Shown: positions 14,351-28,964, counted from the first letter of the stretch. The stretch is 64,000 bases of DNA from Camelus ferus (GCF_009834535.1 NC_045696.1:59584001-59648000); one strand, 5' to 3'. Notes: generated by a model from the sequence alone, not told the origin. Translations and numbers: made by a program.

Positions 14351-15606
14351 TGAAACAGGGTAAAATACCTTCTTTTAACCAGTGATCCTCATCTTTATCA
14401 TGATCACCAGCACCTAAAAATGGTCTGAAGAGAAGGACCACACAGTGAGATTTCCAACTTTGCAGCTGATAATAAAGAGCTAAGTTGATGGGGGTAGACC
14501 ATTAGAAGTGAGAAGAGAAGGGGCAGGTGAGTTTTGTTTCAGGCAGGTACACTTGGGGGTGAGGGGCAAAAGTGTTCTTTATAAAAACTACTGGGAAGGA
14601 CCCAGAAAATGGGAGGAGACAGTGAAGAGGGCTCTTGAGAACCGAGCCCAAGGCGGCTGCTAAACTCTGTCCCTAGGGTCAGTTTTTGGCAGCAGAATAC
14701 TGGACTGAATGAGTCTCATCTGGCAGCAAAGTCTTGGGCTTCTTTTTGAAGTGCTCCTCATTTCCCCCTGCCTCTTATCCTTTCTGAATTCCTGTTTAGC
14801 TCCTTCTCCGATTTCCCTTATGGCTGTGGCTCTAGAGTGGATAGTTGCTAGAATAGAAATACTGCCAGTGTATCTCTCAGAGAGGTCATGGTATCCTAAC
14901 ACTCCAATTAATTCAGAAGAGTGAGGCAGAGAGAGGCCACCTGAGCCAAGAGAGGAACTGAGTGAGCCCCGAGCTGAGATGGAGCTAACTGAGTGGAGGG
15001 AGAAAGCAAAATAGGTTGATTGAAGGCTAATGCCCTGTGGGTACTTTGTGTTCCATCTTTCGCTCATTTGGTTCAGGCCCTGGTTTCTGCCCAGAACAGA
15101 TTCTTCCAGGTTTCTTTTCCAAATGGAGTTAGATCACCAGATTAATCCCCTAGGCAGGTTTTTCTTTTCATGGCCTTGTCTCTGTTTGCAAACTAGCCCA
15201 TGTCACCTGTTATGAGATAAGCCAGAGAAAACGTCAGGGTCTGGGGGTTGTCATGAAGTTCTTCAAGCCAGAAGGTTGACTCTGAAGGACGGTGAGGACT
15301 TGAGCAGATCGGAAGGATGGATAAGGGTGTTTCCGGGCTGCTGGACTCGGGAAGGTGGCTGGAGAGGGCAGAGCTAACTCTCAGGGTCAGGGAGTAAAGG
15401 AGATGACTGATTCATGGAACAAAAGAGTGTGAGATGAAGTTGGAAAGCTAGGTTTGTTCATGAGCAGTAAAGTAAGCTTCAGGTTTGAAGACAAGTTTTT
15501 TTCTTTAAAGAAAGAAAAAGAGCCCCCTCTATGTATGTGCCAGCCTTGTGCTCTGGAAAGAAGATGGAGAGGAGGCTCCCAATGACAGAATATTCCTTTA
15601 GAAAAC

Positions 15607-15646
15607 AGAAAATATTCAGGAAAGAAAATACTCAGGAAAGAAAATA
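15607..15646. repeat. 16-bp tandem duplication (agaaaataYtcaggaa x2.5)
   Basis: agaaaatattcaggaa agaaaatactcaggaa agaaaata, read directly. Confidence 0.85.
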
Positions 15647-16244
15647 ATTCAAACTCTAGAAAAACATAAATCAGACTATTTCAAGACTCCAGGCATCAGT
15701 GCTTGAGGGAATTGGGAGGAGAGAGTCAGACATAGAGGAAGTAAAGAGCGTATAGGCTGAGGGAGGGCAGACTTGGAAGTCAGGCTGTTGCACTGAGTAG
15801 CTCCTTGAAATTCTCTTCAGGCTTCATGACAGGCTTGGACCCTTCAGCTTAACGGTATTGGGTGCTGCAGGTGGAGAAGCGGGCAGGAAGGAATAGGGAA
15901 ACATTGGATGTAGAATCCTGGGCATATTTCACATTTGGTTTAGATCCAGATTCCCAAGACACCAGACCTCCAAGCCTCACTCCCCCAACTCAAGCACCTC
16001 CCCTTTGCTCTGCCCTAACCAGGACCCTGCACACTTGCTTTTCCATTCCACAGATTCAGGCCTGGGACCCCTGTGAGACCTTCCTGCAGCAAACAGCTTC
16101 TTCATAGACTCAGTTTCATGGAAGCAAAACAAAAACTCAAATTTAAAGGCAGACTGTTCCTTTCATACATGTTATCTTAGTTTTAGTCTTATTTCCCTCA
16201 GTTTGTACACATGGAAATGGACTAAAAATTTTGTTTGGTCTCTT

Positions 16245-17120
16245 TTCAACATATTATCTGATAAATGACTTATAGCCAACATATATTAAGAACTCTTATA
16301 AATCTATATCAAAAGATAACCTGATTTTTGAAAAATGAGGAAAAAAACACGACACTTTCTAAAAGTAGATACCAGTGGCCAGTAAGCATATGAAAATGTG
16401 CTCACCATCGTGAGTCATTAGGGAACTACAACCTAAAACCATACTAAGATAACACTTCACACCTACTAGCATGGCTAAAATTAAATAGACCAATAATACC
16501 AAATGATGGTGAGTAGCTGGAACTGTCATATGTTCCTGATGGGAATGTGAAATTCCTCTTGGGAACGTTAAATGTACACCTACCCTATGACCCTACAATT
16601 GCACTCCTAGGTGACTCTCAAGTGAAAACCTATGTCCGCAGAAAGACCTGTGTGAGAACTGTCACATCAGCCTTACTCATAATAGCCAAATCCTGGAAAC
16701 AACCCAGGAGTTCATGAGCTGGAGAATGGATAAACAAGTCACTGTGCATCTGCTCAAGGGAACCGCACTTAGCAGTAGCAAGGAATGAACTGATACAATA
16801 AGAATGAATCTTAAATATAGTGTGTGGAACACAGAAAGCCAGACATGTAAGCGTCCATACTGTATGACTTCATTCGTATGGAATCCAAGAATCTGTGAGG
16901 ATAGAAATCAGAAAGTGGTACCTGAGGTGGGAGGCAGGGGTGGGTGCAGGGGGCAGGACCTGACTGAAAAGGGGCGCAAGTAGACTGTCTAGGGTGATGG
17001 AAAGGCTCTGTATTTTGTTTTTGGTGATGGCTACCCTGGTATCTAAAATTGTCAAAACTTAATAGAACTGAATGCTTAAAATTTGTGTGTCTTATTGTAT
17101 GTAAATTATACTTTAATGCA
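16245..17120 (+). mobile_element. Old L1M (L1MB-MD type): end of ORF2 plus 3' UTR
   Basis: aagcatatgaaaatgtgctcacc...cattagggaa, ctatgaccctacaattgcactcctagg, gaatggataaacaa, ttgtatgtaaattatac. Confidence 0.9.
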
Positions 17121-17591
17121 GGAAGGGAAAACACATTTATAAGCTCTGTCTACAAAAGCCTATTCATCCTATAAAGTGATCTCTTATAAATTATAAATTA
17201 TCTCTCTTATTTTTCTCAGTTTAACTCCCTTCTCTAGTTAAAGAATGAAGTGCTTTTCAAAGCTGAGATACAACAAAAACCTGTTTGCCTGCCAATGCAC
17301 AGGTCCCCAAGGACTCCCCACAATAAGTGGATAGTAGGTTTTTGGGCAGAGCTCAGTGGATCCCTTTGTTGACCTGCAGAGAGGTGGGGGCATAAGGTGA
17401 GAACCCACAGCAGTGAAGGCAGATTTTTTCAGTTCCCCCATTTCTGCTTCAAAGAGAGCAACTATGCTTGCAATGGAGAAAAGTCTTACTGTTAGACAAA
17501 AAATGGAATCCCTTGACCCAGACGGCAGCCGCTCATGAGGGACCGCTTTCCCATCCCACCCCAGGACATATGGCCCCAGCACAGGATGGAA

Positions 17592-17610
17592 CAGCGCCAT
17601 CTCCTGGCTG
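17592..17610 (-). promoter_or_regulatory. Candidate CTCF binding site
   Basis: Minus strand CAGCCAGGAGATGGCGCTG matches the core CCASYAGRKGGCRS at 13 of 14 positions. Motif evidence only. Confidence 0.55.
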
Positions 17611-18419
17611 CATCAAGCTGGTCTTTCCATCCCTTTGTCCCCTGCTACTACTCCCCTGGGGCCAGCAGTGTTTGGTAACTGGGAAGGTTATGCCACAGTT
17701 CAGCTGGAATGAGACCCAACATGGTGAAAATCACCAAGCTGGGGCCCTAGACCATGTGCTTAGGCTGCCTGGGCCATGCTGCCACTGCGCGATCTGGGCT
17801 GAGGCTTCCGTTGGGGTAGCGTGAATAACACCTGAAAACCACTTTAGAAAAGGTTTTATCTGATTCATGAATCAGGTGGAATTATTATCCAGTTCAGTAC
17901 TTCTGAGTTCCTACTCTGTGGGTGATTGCAGCGACTGTAAAGGAAGTGTAGGATTCAGTCTCTGTTTGCAGGCACATATTTGAGAGCAAACAAGGTCAAG
18001 TCATGTGAGTGAGGGTGTAGAGCAGTAACCGAATTAGCAAGCTCATATGAAGGCAAAGTTTCCCTTCATTACATGCTTCAGTCTTCATTAGGATCATTCA
18101 TGCCTTTCAATAGAGTATAATCTGCTTGTATTTCTAGAAGCTACACATTTACACCTTGTTTAGTCACCACTTCCAGGTATTGGCCTTTGTAGTAGAGAGA
18201 ATCCTGTATAACAGAATACGGGAACCAGATTGGAACCCCTGGGTTTGGTGTGTACCGGCTCTAACTGATTGTAACCTCAGGCCCTTCACCAGGCTTCTCC
18301 AGCCCTCTGTTTCTGTCTCTTGAAGAGCTAGACTCAGCGTTTAATTTCTAAGGACCTCTCCAATTATGAGACTTTTAGAACAATGGTTACAGTATGTATG
18401 GTGGACAAAGTCTTTGCAG

Positions 18420-18630
18420 TCTGGAGAAGAACCAAATTATGTTCTCAGGTCACGCCCCTTGTGAGCACAGTGAACTCTGGCCAAACCATTCCATCTGTGT
18501 GAGTGAGCGTCAGCTTCCTCTTGTGTGAGATGGACCTGGAGATCTCCACCCTGCCTGCCTCTCTAGGTTATTGTAGGGGTGGGATGAGATGGAGTGTGCA
18601 AAAACTTTCTAAACCATAATTCATCATATA
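18420..18630 (+). mobile_element. MIR SINE
   Basis: tcagcttcctcttgtgtgagatgg...cctgcctctctaggttattgtagggg. Confidence 0.65.
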
Positions 18631-18776
18631 AGTGTTTACTGCTGCTGTAGACATTGATGCACAGGGAGAACACTTTTAAAGGCATGCATACCTGGGTGCA
18701 TGGTACCATTGCTTAAATGTGCTCTGGGGGTCAAAAAGGAGATGCAAAGCAGAGACAGATCTGAAAGTTGGATTAG

Positions 18777-19290
<514 letters not shown>

Positions 19291-20239
19291 GTACTGTGGG
19301 ATGTGGGGGAAAAACCAATGATGGAAATCAGCACAGATTCAAAAACATGGTGGTTGAAGAAACAAAGCCCAAGTGGGCTCCAAAAGCAGTCAGCCATCCT
19401 TGTGAACTGTATTCAAATGTGTAGATGTCGCTATTCCACCCTGCCCTGCCCCACCGCCCACACACACACACACATTTTCCTGCCTTGTCCTCCACCCTCA
19501 GGGCTAGCTCCTCATCTCCAGTTCATGCTTCTGAGTCTTCATTTTTCTTATCACTGGTCTGTGCGTGCATGTAAGAAAAATGCTGATAAAATTTATGGCA
19601 AGGTCATATAATTTTATAACTTCTCAAAAAACACTGGCTGAGCTACCCAGACTTGACTTCTTTTCCTGCTCAGGATTTATTCACTATTTATCTAACAGAA
19701 GCCCTTACTGTTACACCTGCCACTTTCCAAAACAGCCTTTGATGTTAGAACTGGAGAGAGCCATAGCGGTCCACTTGTCCAGCTAGTCCAGAAAAAAGAA
19801 GTTGCCGGTCTGGGCACACACCAGTAGAGTTCTAGAAGTCAGATCTCCACATCCCCACCCACCCTGGGTCCTCCAGGAGGAGGCAGACAGGGGCTCAGGC
19901 CATCAACTCGTTAAAACATGATTGGTCCATGTCCCTGTAGATCATGAAGGACATTTAGAATCCTGAGATCGTCAGGCAGACCTTAGCAATCAAACTTGAC
20001 TTTAGGGTACTATGTTTCTTTTAATGACCTGAGAGAATATATACCAGCATTCAGAGGAACTTCACTTCTCACCAGAGGAGAGACCATCTAGTAAATTCTA
20101 TTTACTTTGGTCAGCATTATCTTTCCTTGAATTTTTATTTATGTTGTGAACAGACTGCAGCTGCCTGTGAGACCCAGGCCTGTTTACTGGGTATAGACCA
20201 GGCTCCACACAGCTCCTGGAAGGACCCTCCATTTACATC

Positions 20240-20772
20240 ATAGTCTGTCTGGGGACTGTTTTCAAAACGACAATGCCCAGATATTCTGATTGAACACCTC
20301 TCAGTAGGACTTGGGTATCAGCAAAAGCTCCGCAGGTGATGCCCCCATGCAGCTAGGGCTGAGAACCACTGTTTTTCATTGCGATGGTTAAATCACAGCA
20401 GCTGATATCTATGAAATGCCCTCGGGCAGTGACTTCCAACCGCAGTGCCCAGATCAGCAACATCAGCATTACCTAAGAACTTGTTAGAAATGCAAGTTCA
20501 AGGGCCCATCCCTAGAACCTGCCACATCAGGATCTCCTGGGGGTGAGGCCCAAAAATCTGTAGTTCAGTAAGCCCTCCAGGTGATTCTGATGCACCTCCA
20601 ATCTACCGACCCTGATCTAGGACCTACTCAAAGTGTGGGCCCTGGACCAGCAATGCCAGCATCACTTGAGAGCTGATTAGAAAGGCAGAATCCCAGACTT
20701 AGTGAGTCTGAATCTGCATTTTAACAAAATCTCCAGGTAAATCTTGTGCATGTTAAAGTTTGAGAAGTAGTG
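20240..20772. mobile_element. Tandem cluster of three hAT MITEs: MER5B-like (~20240-20371), MER5A-like (~20427-20600), MER5A-like (~20620-20772)
   Basis: gggctgagaaccactg; cagcaacatcagcattacctaagaacttgttagaaatgcaa...aagccctccaggtgattctgatgcac; ctcaaagtgtgg...gaccagca...aaagtttgagaagtagtg. Confidence 0.85.
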
Positions 20773-22434
20773 TTCTTGGCCATGGCTTGTACCTTTTCAA
20801 GGCCTTATTGGGGAAGGGAGAAACTGTGACTGAGAACCTTGTCTGGACTCAGGGTTTTACCCTACAGCTTGTCCTCATGATGCTCACGTTAGCTGGCTAT
20901 CCAGCTAAGACTGGAAACCATGAGAGTGCAGACATGGTACCCAAAAAAGATGCTGTGCAGAGAAACCCTGCAGGGATGCTGATCCCTCATCCTTTCACAT
21001 ACTGATGTGTCTGGCAGGTGGAGAACCTCATCTGCCTGAAAACCTGCGGCACTTAGGACCAGGATGCCGGCAAGACCTTCAGCAAGCACATCTCTGTTTA
21101 AGTGCCAAGTACCCTTGGTAACAGAGCTGGCAGTCCTTGAAGACTGGCTGTGCTTGGCGGCCACCTTAACTGTGAGGGCTGAGTGGGTGAAAATACCCCA
21201 GGCAGATGGGCTGCTCACCCCCACAATATCCTGTTCTAGGAATGAGCTTTGTTAAAAGAGCCTTGATTGGCCTCTTCAGCCCTCTCTGCTGGGACTGGCT
21301 GTTCCCCTGCTCCTGCCTCAGCCAGCTGCTCAGGCTGACATAGCCCAGGAAGCCTCAAGGGACATGATTCCAGGGCCTCAGGGAAGCTCATTCTGCTGCC
21401 ATATACCTTGGGCATCTATCTCATCTCTGGATTGGAGGAAGGGACAGGGCAGTCACACCAGAGCTGGGGTTAGGGATTGGGGTTGGAGGTGGACCTAGAA
21501 CGGGCCTTGCCCAGGACTTGAATGGCCAAGGAATACAGGACTTCAGAGACACAGGACTGAGGGAACAAATGGGCTGGGCATTTACTTTGTATGTCTAATG
21601 AACTATATTTGAACTAAAGGTAAAGTAACTGTTGTCTCAGAAAAAGGACAATTAACACAATCAAAAAGTTGGTTGGTATTTAGCCCTCCAAGCCAAATTA
21701 ATTAAGGGCTCACGCTTTGATTTTTACAAACGTAGATGGAAGTAGGGAATTTCCTTATCTTTATTTTCAGGTATGAAGTTTTAGCATTCAGCCAGGTTCT
21801 CCTAAATCCATCTAATGTGCCAACAACCCTCACCAAAAGCAAAAGCCTTCACTTAAATCAACATCAGCCTTAGGAATAGTTGGCAAAATAGGAACAATTT
21901 CTTCACTTGCTCGTTGTTTAGTGTTACCTATTTGGGCCTCAAGTTGGGAAGTGGTAGGGTTTGCTGGAAAGAGTCAAATTGGGGAAAACATGCTGGCTGA
22001 ATCCAAGGTCCAGTTGCATCACCAACAAGCAGACTGACTTTGGAAGTCCCTGTTCTTTCTCTTTAGACCTTAGTTTCTTCTGTCTAGTGTGGCCGATGGG
22101 CCTCCATTCCCCACGTCCCCTCCAATTCTCACCTTCCGTGATGCAGCCTCATTGCCCCCATTGGTTATGCCCCAGATCTTCTCCCTGCTGTGACTTGACC
22201 ATATGACTGTTACACGTGACCTCAGGAAGAAGACAGAATCTGCGTTTCCTGTAGATATGTCACTTTTGTTGTTTCATCAAAGCATCAAGTTCTCTCTCTA
22301 AACAAGGTTTTTAAGTGAAAACTCTTTGGAGTCTGTGCCAATGATGTTTAAATTTTACTGTGCCTGGGGAGAACCCTGCCCCAGCATTTAAATAAATTCT
22401 TAAATTAGGTTGTGAGGCTCACTCTTCTCCTTAA

Positions 22435-22660
22435 ACGTAGAGGTTAAGAGTACTGGTAGGAGAGCGAGAGACTTCCTGGGTTGGCATCATGGCCACACGT
22501 CTCACTACCTGGGTGTCCTTGAGCATGTTACCTCATGTCTCCAAGCCTCACCTTCCTCTGGAAAACAGCCATCATAGGAATTCTAACCATATGGAGTCAT
22601 TGTGAGGGTGCAGTGGGGTAAAACCTGCGTGTGGTGAGAGTTCAGTAAAGCTTGTTACCT
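22435..22660 (+). mobile_element. MIR SINE
   Basis: gtagaggttaagagtac...ccttgagcatgttacc...gcctcaccttcctc...cattgtgaggg. Confidence 0.7.
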
Positions 22661-23019
22661 GCTGCACATTATCCTCGTGTTCTAGCTCATGCTGAGTTCT
22701 GCTGGGGTTATTTGTGTTCCCGTAGTTTCTCCAGCAGCGTGAGGGCAGGGTCCCTCCTTCCTTCTCTTTACATTCCCGGCATCCAGCAGAGTGGTTACGT
22801 CTTGATATTGATGTTTGCTGAATTAATCAAGGAGGAACATCAGTCCAGGGGGAACAGATATAGGGAAAAATAATGGGCCATAAATAATTGTACTGTGTCA
22901 TAAAAGGAAAGAAAAGGCCCATATTTTTCCAAAGTGGAAGCTTCTCGGGAGTGAAGGAATATGGATCTGAGGGGAAGGTAAGAGGCGCTGATTAAAAATA
23001 AAAAAAACAAGACAAAAAA

Positions 23020-23186
23020 CAAAGGTTCTCAGCCTGGCTGCATATTTGGAATCACCTGGAGAGCTTCTTAAACATACCAGTATCTGGGCCCCACCCCTCA
23101 GGGGTTCTTACTTAATTGGTCTGGAGTGGGCCCAGATTTTTTAAACTTCCCAAATGATTCTGATGTACCAGGGTTGAGGATACTGA
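23020..23186. mobile_element. MER5B-like hAT MITE
   Basis: ggttctcagcctggctgcatatttggaatcacctggagagc...gggccccacccc...taattggtctggagtgggccc...cagggttgaggatactg. Confidence 0.85.
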
Positions 23187-23589
23187 TCTAAAAACCTGAT
23201 TAAAGGACTTTGTCATTTCTGAACTGGGTGTTATATTGAGGGAGTGACACAGAAAGAGGAGTGGGAAGCGGAGGAGAAAAGAGAAAAGAAGATGTTCTCT
23301 GTCTGAAGCAGACAGATTTTTGAAGAACACACAAACTGTTCAAAGACACGTTATAAGTACAAGCAGCAGAGGCAGGAGTACCTCACTGCTACCCTAGACC
23401 ACAGCCACCTCTGTCCTTGAGGAAATTAAAGTGGTACCCTTGACCTGGCAGCAAAGGAAAGCAAAGTAACATTTTATTATTAACTGTGGACTTGAGCCCT
23501 AAGTAATGGCATTGCCGGGCATTCTGATACCAGAGTGTAGCATAAAGAATAACTCTGTCCCTGCATCGCTGACCATTGTACCCCCTACC

Positions 23590-23765
23590 CAGTGGGTTCC
23601 AGTCTTGGTTGCATGTTGGAATCACCCTGGGAGCTTTAAGACTTCCTGATGCCTGGATCCTACCCACAGAGATTCTGATGTTATTGGTCTGGGGTATGGC
23701 TAAGACATGGCAACTTTTTAAAGTTCTCTGGATGAATCTAATTTGAGCCAAGGTTGAGAGCACTG
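23590..23765. mobile_element. MER5B-like hAT MITE
   Basis: cagtgggttccagtcttggttgcatgttggaatcacc...cagagattctgat...gccaaggttgagagcactg. Confidence 0.85.
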
Positions 23766-24149
23766 GTCTAACAGCATCCAAATCAGCATAACTTCTAATG
23801 ATACACTTTGAGCAAGTTCATAAACACCTGATGGTAAGATTTTATATTTCCATTTTATATAAGCCATTCAACAGTCCCATCAGTAATCAACAAAGGATGT
23901 GTTATAATTTCCCCCAGGGAAAGGAAAAAGTGGGGACATGGATGTTTTACTAACTAGGCACTGTATATACCTTATCTCTTAGTCCTCACAACACTCATGA
24001 GGAGTCACTGTTGGGATTCCCATCTTACTCAGTCTCAGAGGGGATTCGGAGCCCAGAGACCCCCATTAACAGGCTGCAGAGCATGGACTCACACCCACAT
24101 CTGTCCCTAAAGCTCTCAGGTGACCTGAGCTTTTCCTTAAAGAGACCCA

Positions 24150-24370
24150 TGTGTTCACTAAACAGGTATTTTTAGGGGTGAGTCAAGCACTGTGTTAGGT
24201 CCTAAAGATGCAGAGATGCATAAAATACACCTGGCCCTGGCCCCGGCCCCAGGGAACCTGCATTCCTGTGAGAACATGGACTAGTTAGTAAGGAACCAAC
24301 CTCAGTGGGGCTGTTCTGACACAGGACTGTGTATAGGACTTGTGGGGGCACATCAGAAAGAAACCTCAGT
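24150..24370 (-). mobile_element. L2 LINE 3' end, preceded by a MIR fragment at ~23950-24110
   Basis: ttcactaaacaggtattt...aagcactgtgttaggtcctaaagatgcagagatg. Confidence 0.65.
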
Positions 24371-27094
24371 GCAGCTTTTTTAGAGAGATTGATGAACTAT
24401 TTCATTATGAATCTATTTCACTCCTTGATGGTAAGAACACATCTTGCATCTCTGGAGACCCTGTAAGGAAGACAGTTAGGCCTCTGATTAGATTGAGGGC
24501 AGTAATGTCAACATAAGAAAACACTATTTGCTATTGATTGATGGCACTTACCAGGTGATGGGTATTAGCTGGGACTCATGCCAATGTGTTTGGGGGCACC
24601 AGAAGAGAGAGGTGAGTTTCTATTCTTCTTGGTGTGGCTGGAGTCACTCTTCATGTTTCTCCCACTCCATCCACAACATGATGAGTGGTGAAGGAGAGTT
24701 GTAGGCATCATCTTCATCCATTTTATTTCCTGTGTTCATCTCACATAAAAAATATCTATATATCAAGCAAGATAGCTGAAAATGAAGGGCTCAAGTCTCA
24801 GGGCGGGCAGGCAGCCCGCTCTGGATGATGTTCTAAGCAGGTGGCTGGCCCCTTTGATGAGTACCAGGCTTAGAGAGCCCATTTGCATGTCATGTGGCAG
24901 AGGTGAGCCCATGAGCTTCTCCTAGAAAGACACTTTGCCCAAGCCCATCATAACAAACACCAGAGATGCATGCAGAATGAAAATGAGCTGGGAAAAATCC
25001 ACATTGTGGCAGGAAGCAGGGAAGAGCCTCTACTTCTGCAGGTGGATCTTAAATTACATTTTTAAAAAGTAAACATGGAGGTCTAGTGTCATTCCACGAA
25101 ACCTAGCACTACAGAGGTAGAAATTTTTGTATTTTTTCTTATTTTTTTATTTCAGTCAAGGAGATGCTCTACCTCATCTCCTTGTTAATTAAAAACAGTA
25201 ACTGGAGGAAGCTGACTGCCAAAAGAACAAGCCATTCTTTCCTGTGTCTTACAGATATTTCAGGAGCTGATCTTGGAATTATGAAACTGACAGAAAAAAA
25301 TAAATGTGAAAAGATACTGAAATTATTACCATGTAACACCAGAAAAAAAATTTTACACTCTCCCATATTGTCCTTATGTAAAACACTATTTTTGCCTTGA
25401 GAAGTGAATTTCCCTTATCATGTACAGACTTTCCTTATTCGCCCCCACTGTATCAGGCAGGTGTGGTGGTGGGGGGTGATAAATTTCTGATGTTGTGAGT
25501 CACAGGGAGGAGGAAGTGTCCCAAAGGGGACTGATTTTTTATGTGGCCATACGTTGAGATTGTTGGTCTCCTCTGAGAGTGATCCCCATGGAAGTACACT
25601 ACCCTTTGGTGCCCTTTGGAAGTATTTATCTTCTGGGCTTTTGAGTCTGAGCCCCATTGTTGGTTGAGACTCTATTCATCCGTATCCATAACTGCATTGG
25701 GCCATAGATTCCAGGATGTGGACCCAGGGAAAGGATCTGGACAGAACTAAGAATCAGCAGACCCAGGTGGAGTCAGGGATCAGAAGGAGGCAAGCAATCC
25801 AGAGTGAGGATTTTCCCGAAGCCAAGGCTGAAACAGAAATAGCTGGACAATAAGAATCAAGAAACAGTACGGGTTACAACTTGCATGAAGTTGGAGATAA
25901 ATAGGAACCAAGAGGGCATGAATGTCAGAAGGCAAAAAGTTGAAAGTTTGGGTCAGAAAGCGGGCCAGCCCTGGAACTAAGGAGCAAAGCGTGTTTATTG
26001 TGATCTGTGACAGACGCCTCAGATGCATCATCTCATTTAATCCTCCCAACCAGCTCCTGAAGTAGGTAGCCTTTGAGGTAGAGAGAGACTTAAAGTCCTC
26101 TTGTACATATAAGGAAAGCGAAGTTGCTGGGGATTTAGGTAACTTGCCCAAGATCATGATTCTGACTCAGGGCCGGCTCCCCACTTTCCGTGTGGTCTAT
26201 CACAGCTAAGTAAGGGATCACATTCAAGTCACTAGAGGACAGGCTAGAGGACCTAGATAACTACGCAGCACCTTCACTCTGTCTCAGAGTTTGTTAACAA
26301 CCCTTCCTGAAGCAGAAATCTGTTGGAGGAAGGCTACTACAGGTGTGCTGGTGATAATGTGCGAATCGGAGCACTGGCTTGGAGCAGAGAGCGAATGTGT
26401 TTGCTGGGAGAGGTACACACAGGAAAAATAAGACAAGGAGGTGGGGAGGGGGTGAGCAAGGAATGGAGCCACAGCTTCTGTCTGGTGGGTATTGATTCGA
26501 GGCTCCCATCACAGGTCAGATGGTTGGCAGTTTATTAATCACACTGGCAGCCCTTGTCAGCGACTGGCTGGGCTTACTATGCTTTGAATCAGTAGAAGGA
26601 TAAGCAAACTCTCCAGGTGAGGGCACAATTTCGTGTGATGGTTTTTCCAAATGGATAAGCACTCAGTACCCCTGTGACACTGCTGGGGTGTGGTTATCAG
26701 GTGTGTTTGCCTGTGTCTGAGAAACAATATAGAGAGCTAGCATGTATTTCTTAGAGTTGCTCTTTTAGGGGACCTAAACAGTTGGCTAATAAAATCACCA
26801 CTGCCCAACTATTCTCTTGAGAGTTTACTTAACATCTAATGGTAAATTGCATCTGACCAGCTAAAAGAGAGGTGCCTTGGGCAGAAGTTCCTGAGACAGG
26901 GTCTTTTGGACTTTGTATTTCCCAATATGATGAAGAGGCTTGGTTGTGAATATTCTGGTATTGGCAGTCCCCTTGTGGGGACTGCCGTGTGCCGCCTTGT
27001 CTGGGGATGGACTCCAGAAAACCACCTCTTTGACCCCAGTTGATAATTAGGTAAGCAATCATCTGTTGAAGAGTTATTCCCTGGCAAAAGATGA

Positions 27095-27478
<384 letters not shown>

Positions 27479-28964
27479 TAGCCCTCTGCCTTCAGCCTGG
27501 GCTTCCCAGCAGCTGAGTCTGACCTGAGCCTGTTCCTGGTACGGGGTAAGGCATACAGAGCCACAGGTATACCCGGAACTTAGGAAATAGGTAAGGTAAG
27601 GTGTGGTTGCATTTGTTTCTGAAAACTAGGCTGCTATCTATTGGCTCCGACAAACAGATCTAATGGTACAACGGCTCAGACTACACATGCATCATTTCTC
27701 TGCCTTATAACAATCTAAGGAGAGCATTCCAGTACTTTTCCAAGTTGTTCTTAGCCACTGAGTCCATTCTCTTCCTTTCTATCCTCAATCCTGCGCAGAG
27801 TTCATGGGAAATACAAAGCCCTTATCAATAAGCGTATGCAGGCTTTAGAGCCAGGCTGATTAATGTGGGGCACCTGTGTGCCTAGTACCGCACTTGAGAT
27901 ATAGACAGTATGTGGTAGCCATCGTTCAGTTCCCATCATTCTTTCAATGTGTGTATAGTTCTCATAAGAAAATGTTCTAGACTCATTAAAGCCACTTTTA
28001 AAAAGAGAAGAGTTCTTACCTGTATGAGACATGATACTATTTTACTAAAGAATATACCCTTACGGTTCCTAGGACTCTTTAGGAACATACATACAATGAC
28101 CAATGGCACATTTTAAAAATACTACATATTTATATTTTGAACAGACTAAGTGGGAATCATTAGCATAATGAATGGGGATTTCCTATTTAGACAAAGTGGG
28201 ATTGAAGAAATACAAATGTAATCATAATTCCATTTACTGAGTACCTGCCTTTTGTACCTATCTCTTAATCAGTCCTCACAACCATTCTCTGAAGCAGATA
28301 TTACTGTCCTTACAGAGGAGGTCTCTGAAGCTTAGAGAAGTCACCAGACAAAGGTCACACTGAACTCAACATCACCCTCCATGGGTCCAGGACGGCTTCC
28401 TGGCAGGGCAGACTCCACAGCACTTCAGTGTTTACTCCTTCCGCTCCACGCTTTCCCAAGCAACCCCATCCACCTGCTTCCTCTAAGCAGAGCCCCACCC
28501 AAAGTATCCTAAGCAGAGATACATCTTCCTCTTTTAAATGTTTTTTTCCTTATGTACAGTGACTGCTAGAGTTTTTACATTTGTCTATTAATTTAGCACA
28601 AGAAAAAAAGACATCATATTTTATTTATTTATTGCTCAGGCCCTTTTATTCAGGGTATTCCTTGCTGATGCTTCTCTTTTAGTTATTCTATATTATTTAT
28701 TATAATATGCAAAATGATCTTCCCTACCCTCCTTCTTCTCCAATCAGTGCTCAGCCAGGGCCCGCCCTCTCTGTGCTGATGATCCGTCTTGAGCTCAGGT
28801 GAAATCACTGAGCCCCAGGCAAAGCCAGACCACTGCTGCTTTTCTGTTTAATTGCCCTGGGGTCACACCTGAGTCCCTGGAGAGACCTGTTATTCATGGG
28901 GACATGGGAGGAATCCTAGCTAGCCCAGTGCAGTGATGAGTATACAAATTCTGAACCTCTTGGC

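Noticed and set aside
17575..17598. REST/RE1-like site cccagcaca-ggatg-gaacagcgcc
   Set aside because: Both half-sites have mismatches and the spacer is 5 nt instead of 2. The overlapping CTCF motif explains the sequence better.
21466..21490. Telomere-like ggggttagggattggggttgg
   Set aside because: It contains only one true TTAGGG unit, so it is not an interstitial telomeric array.
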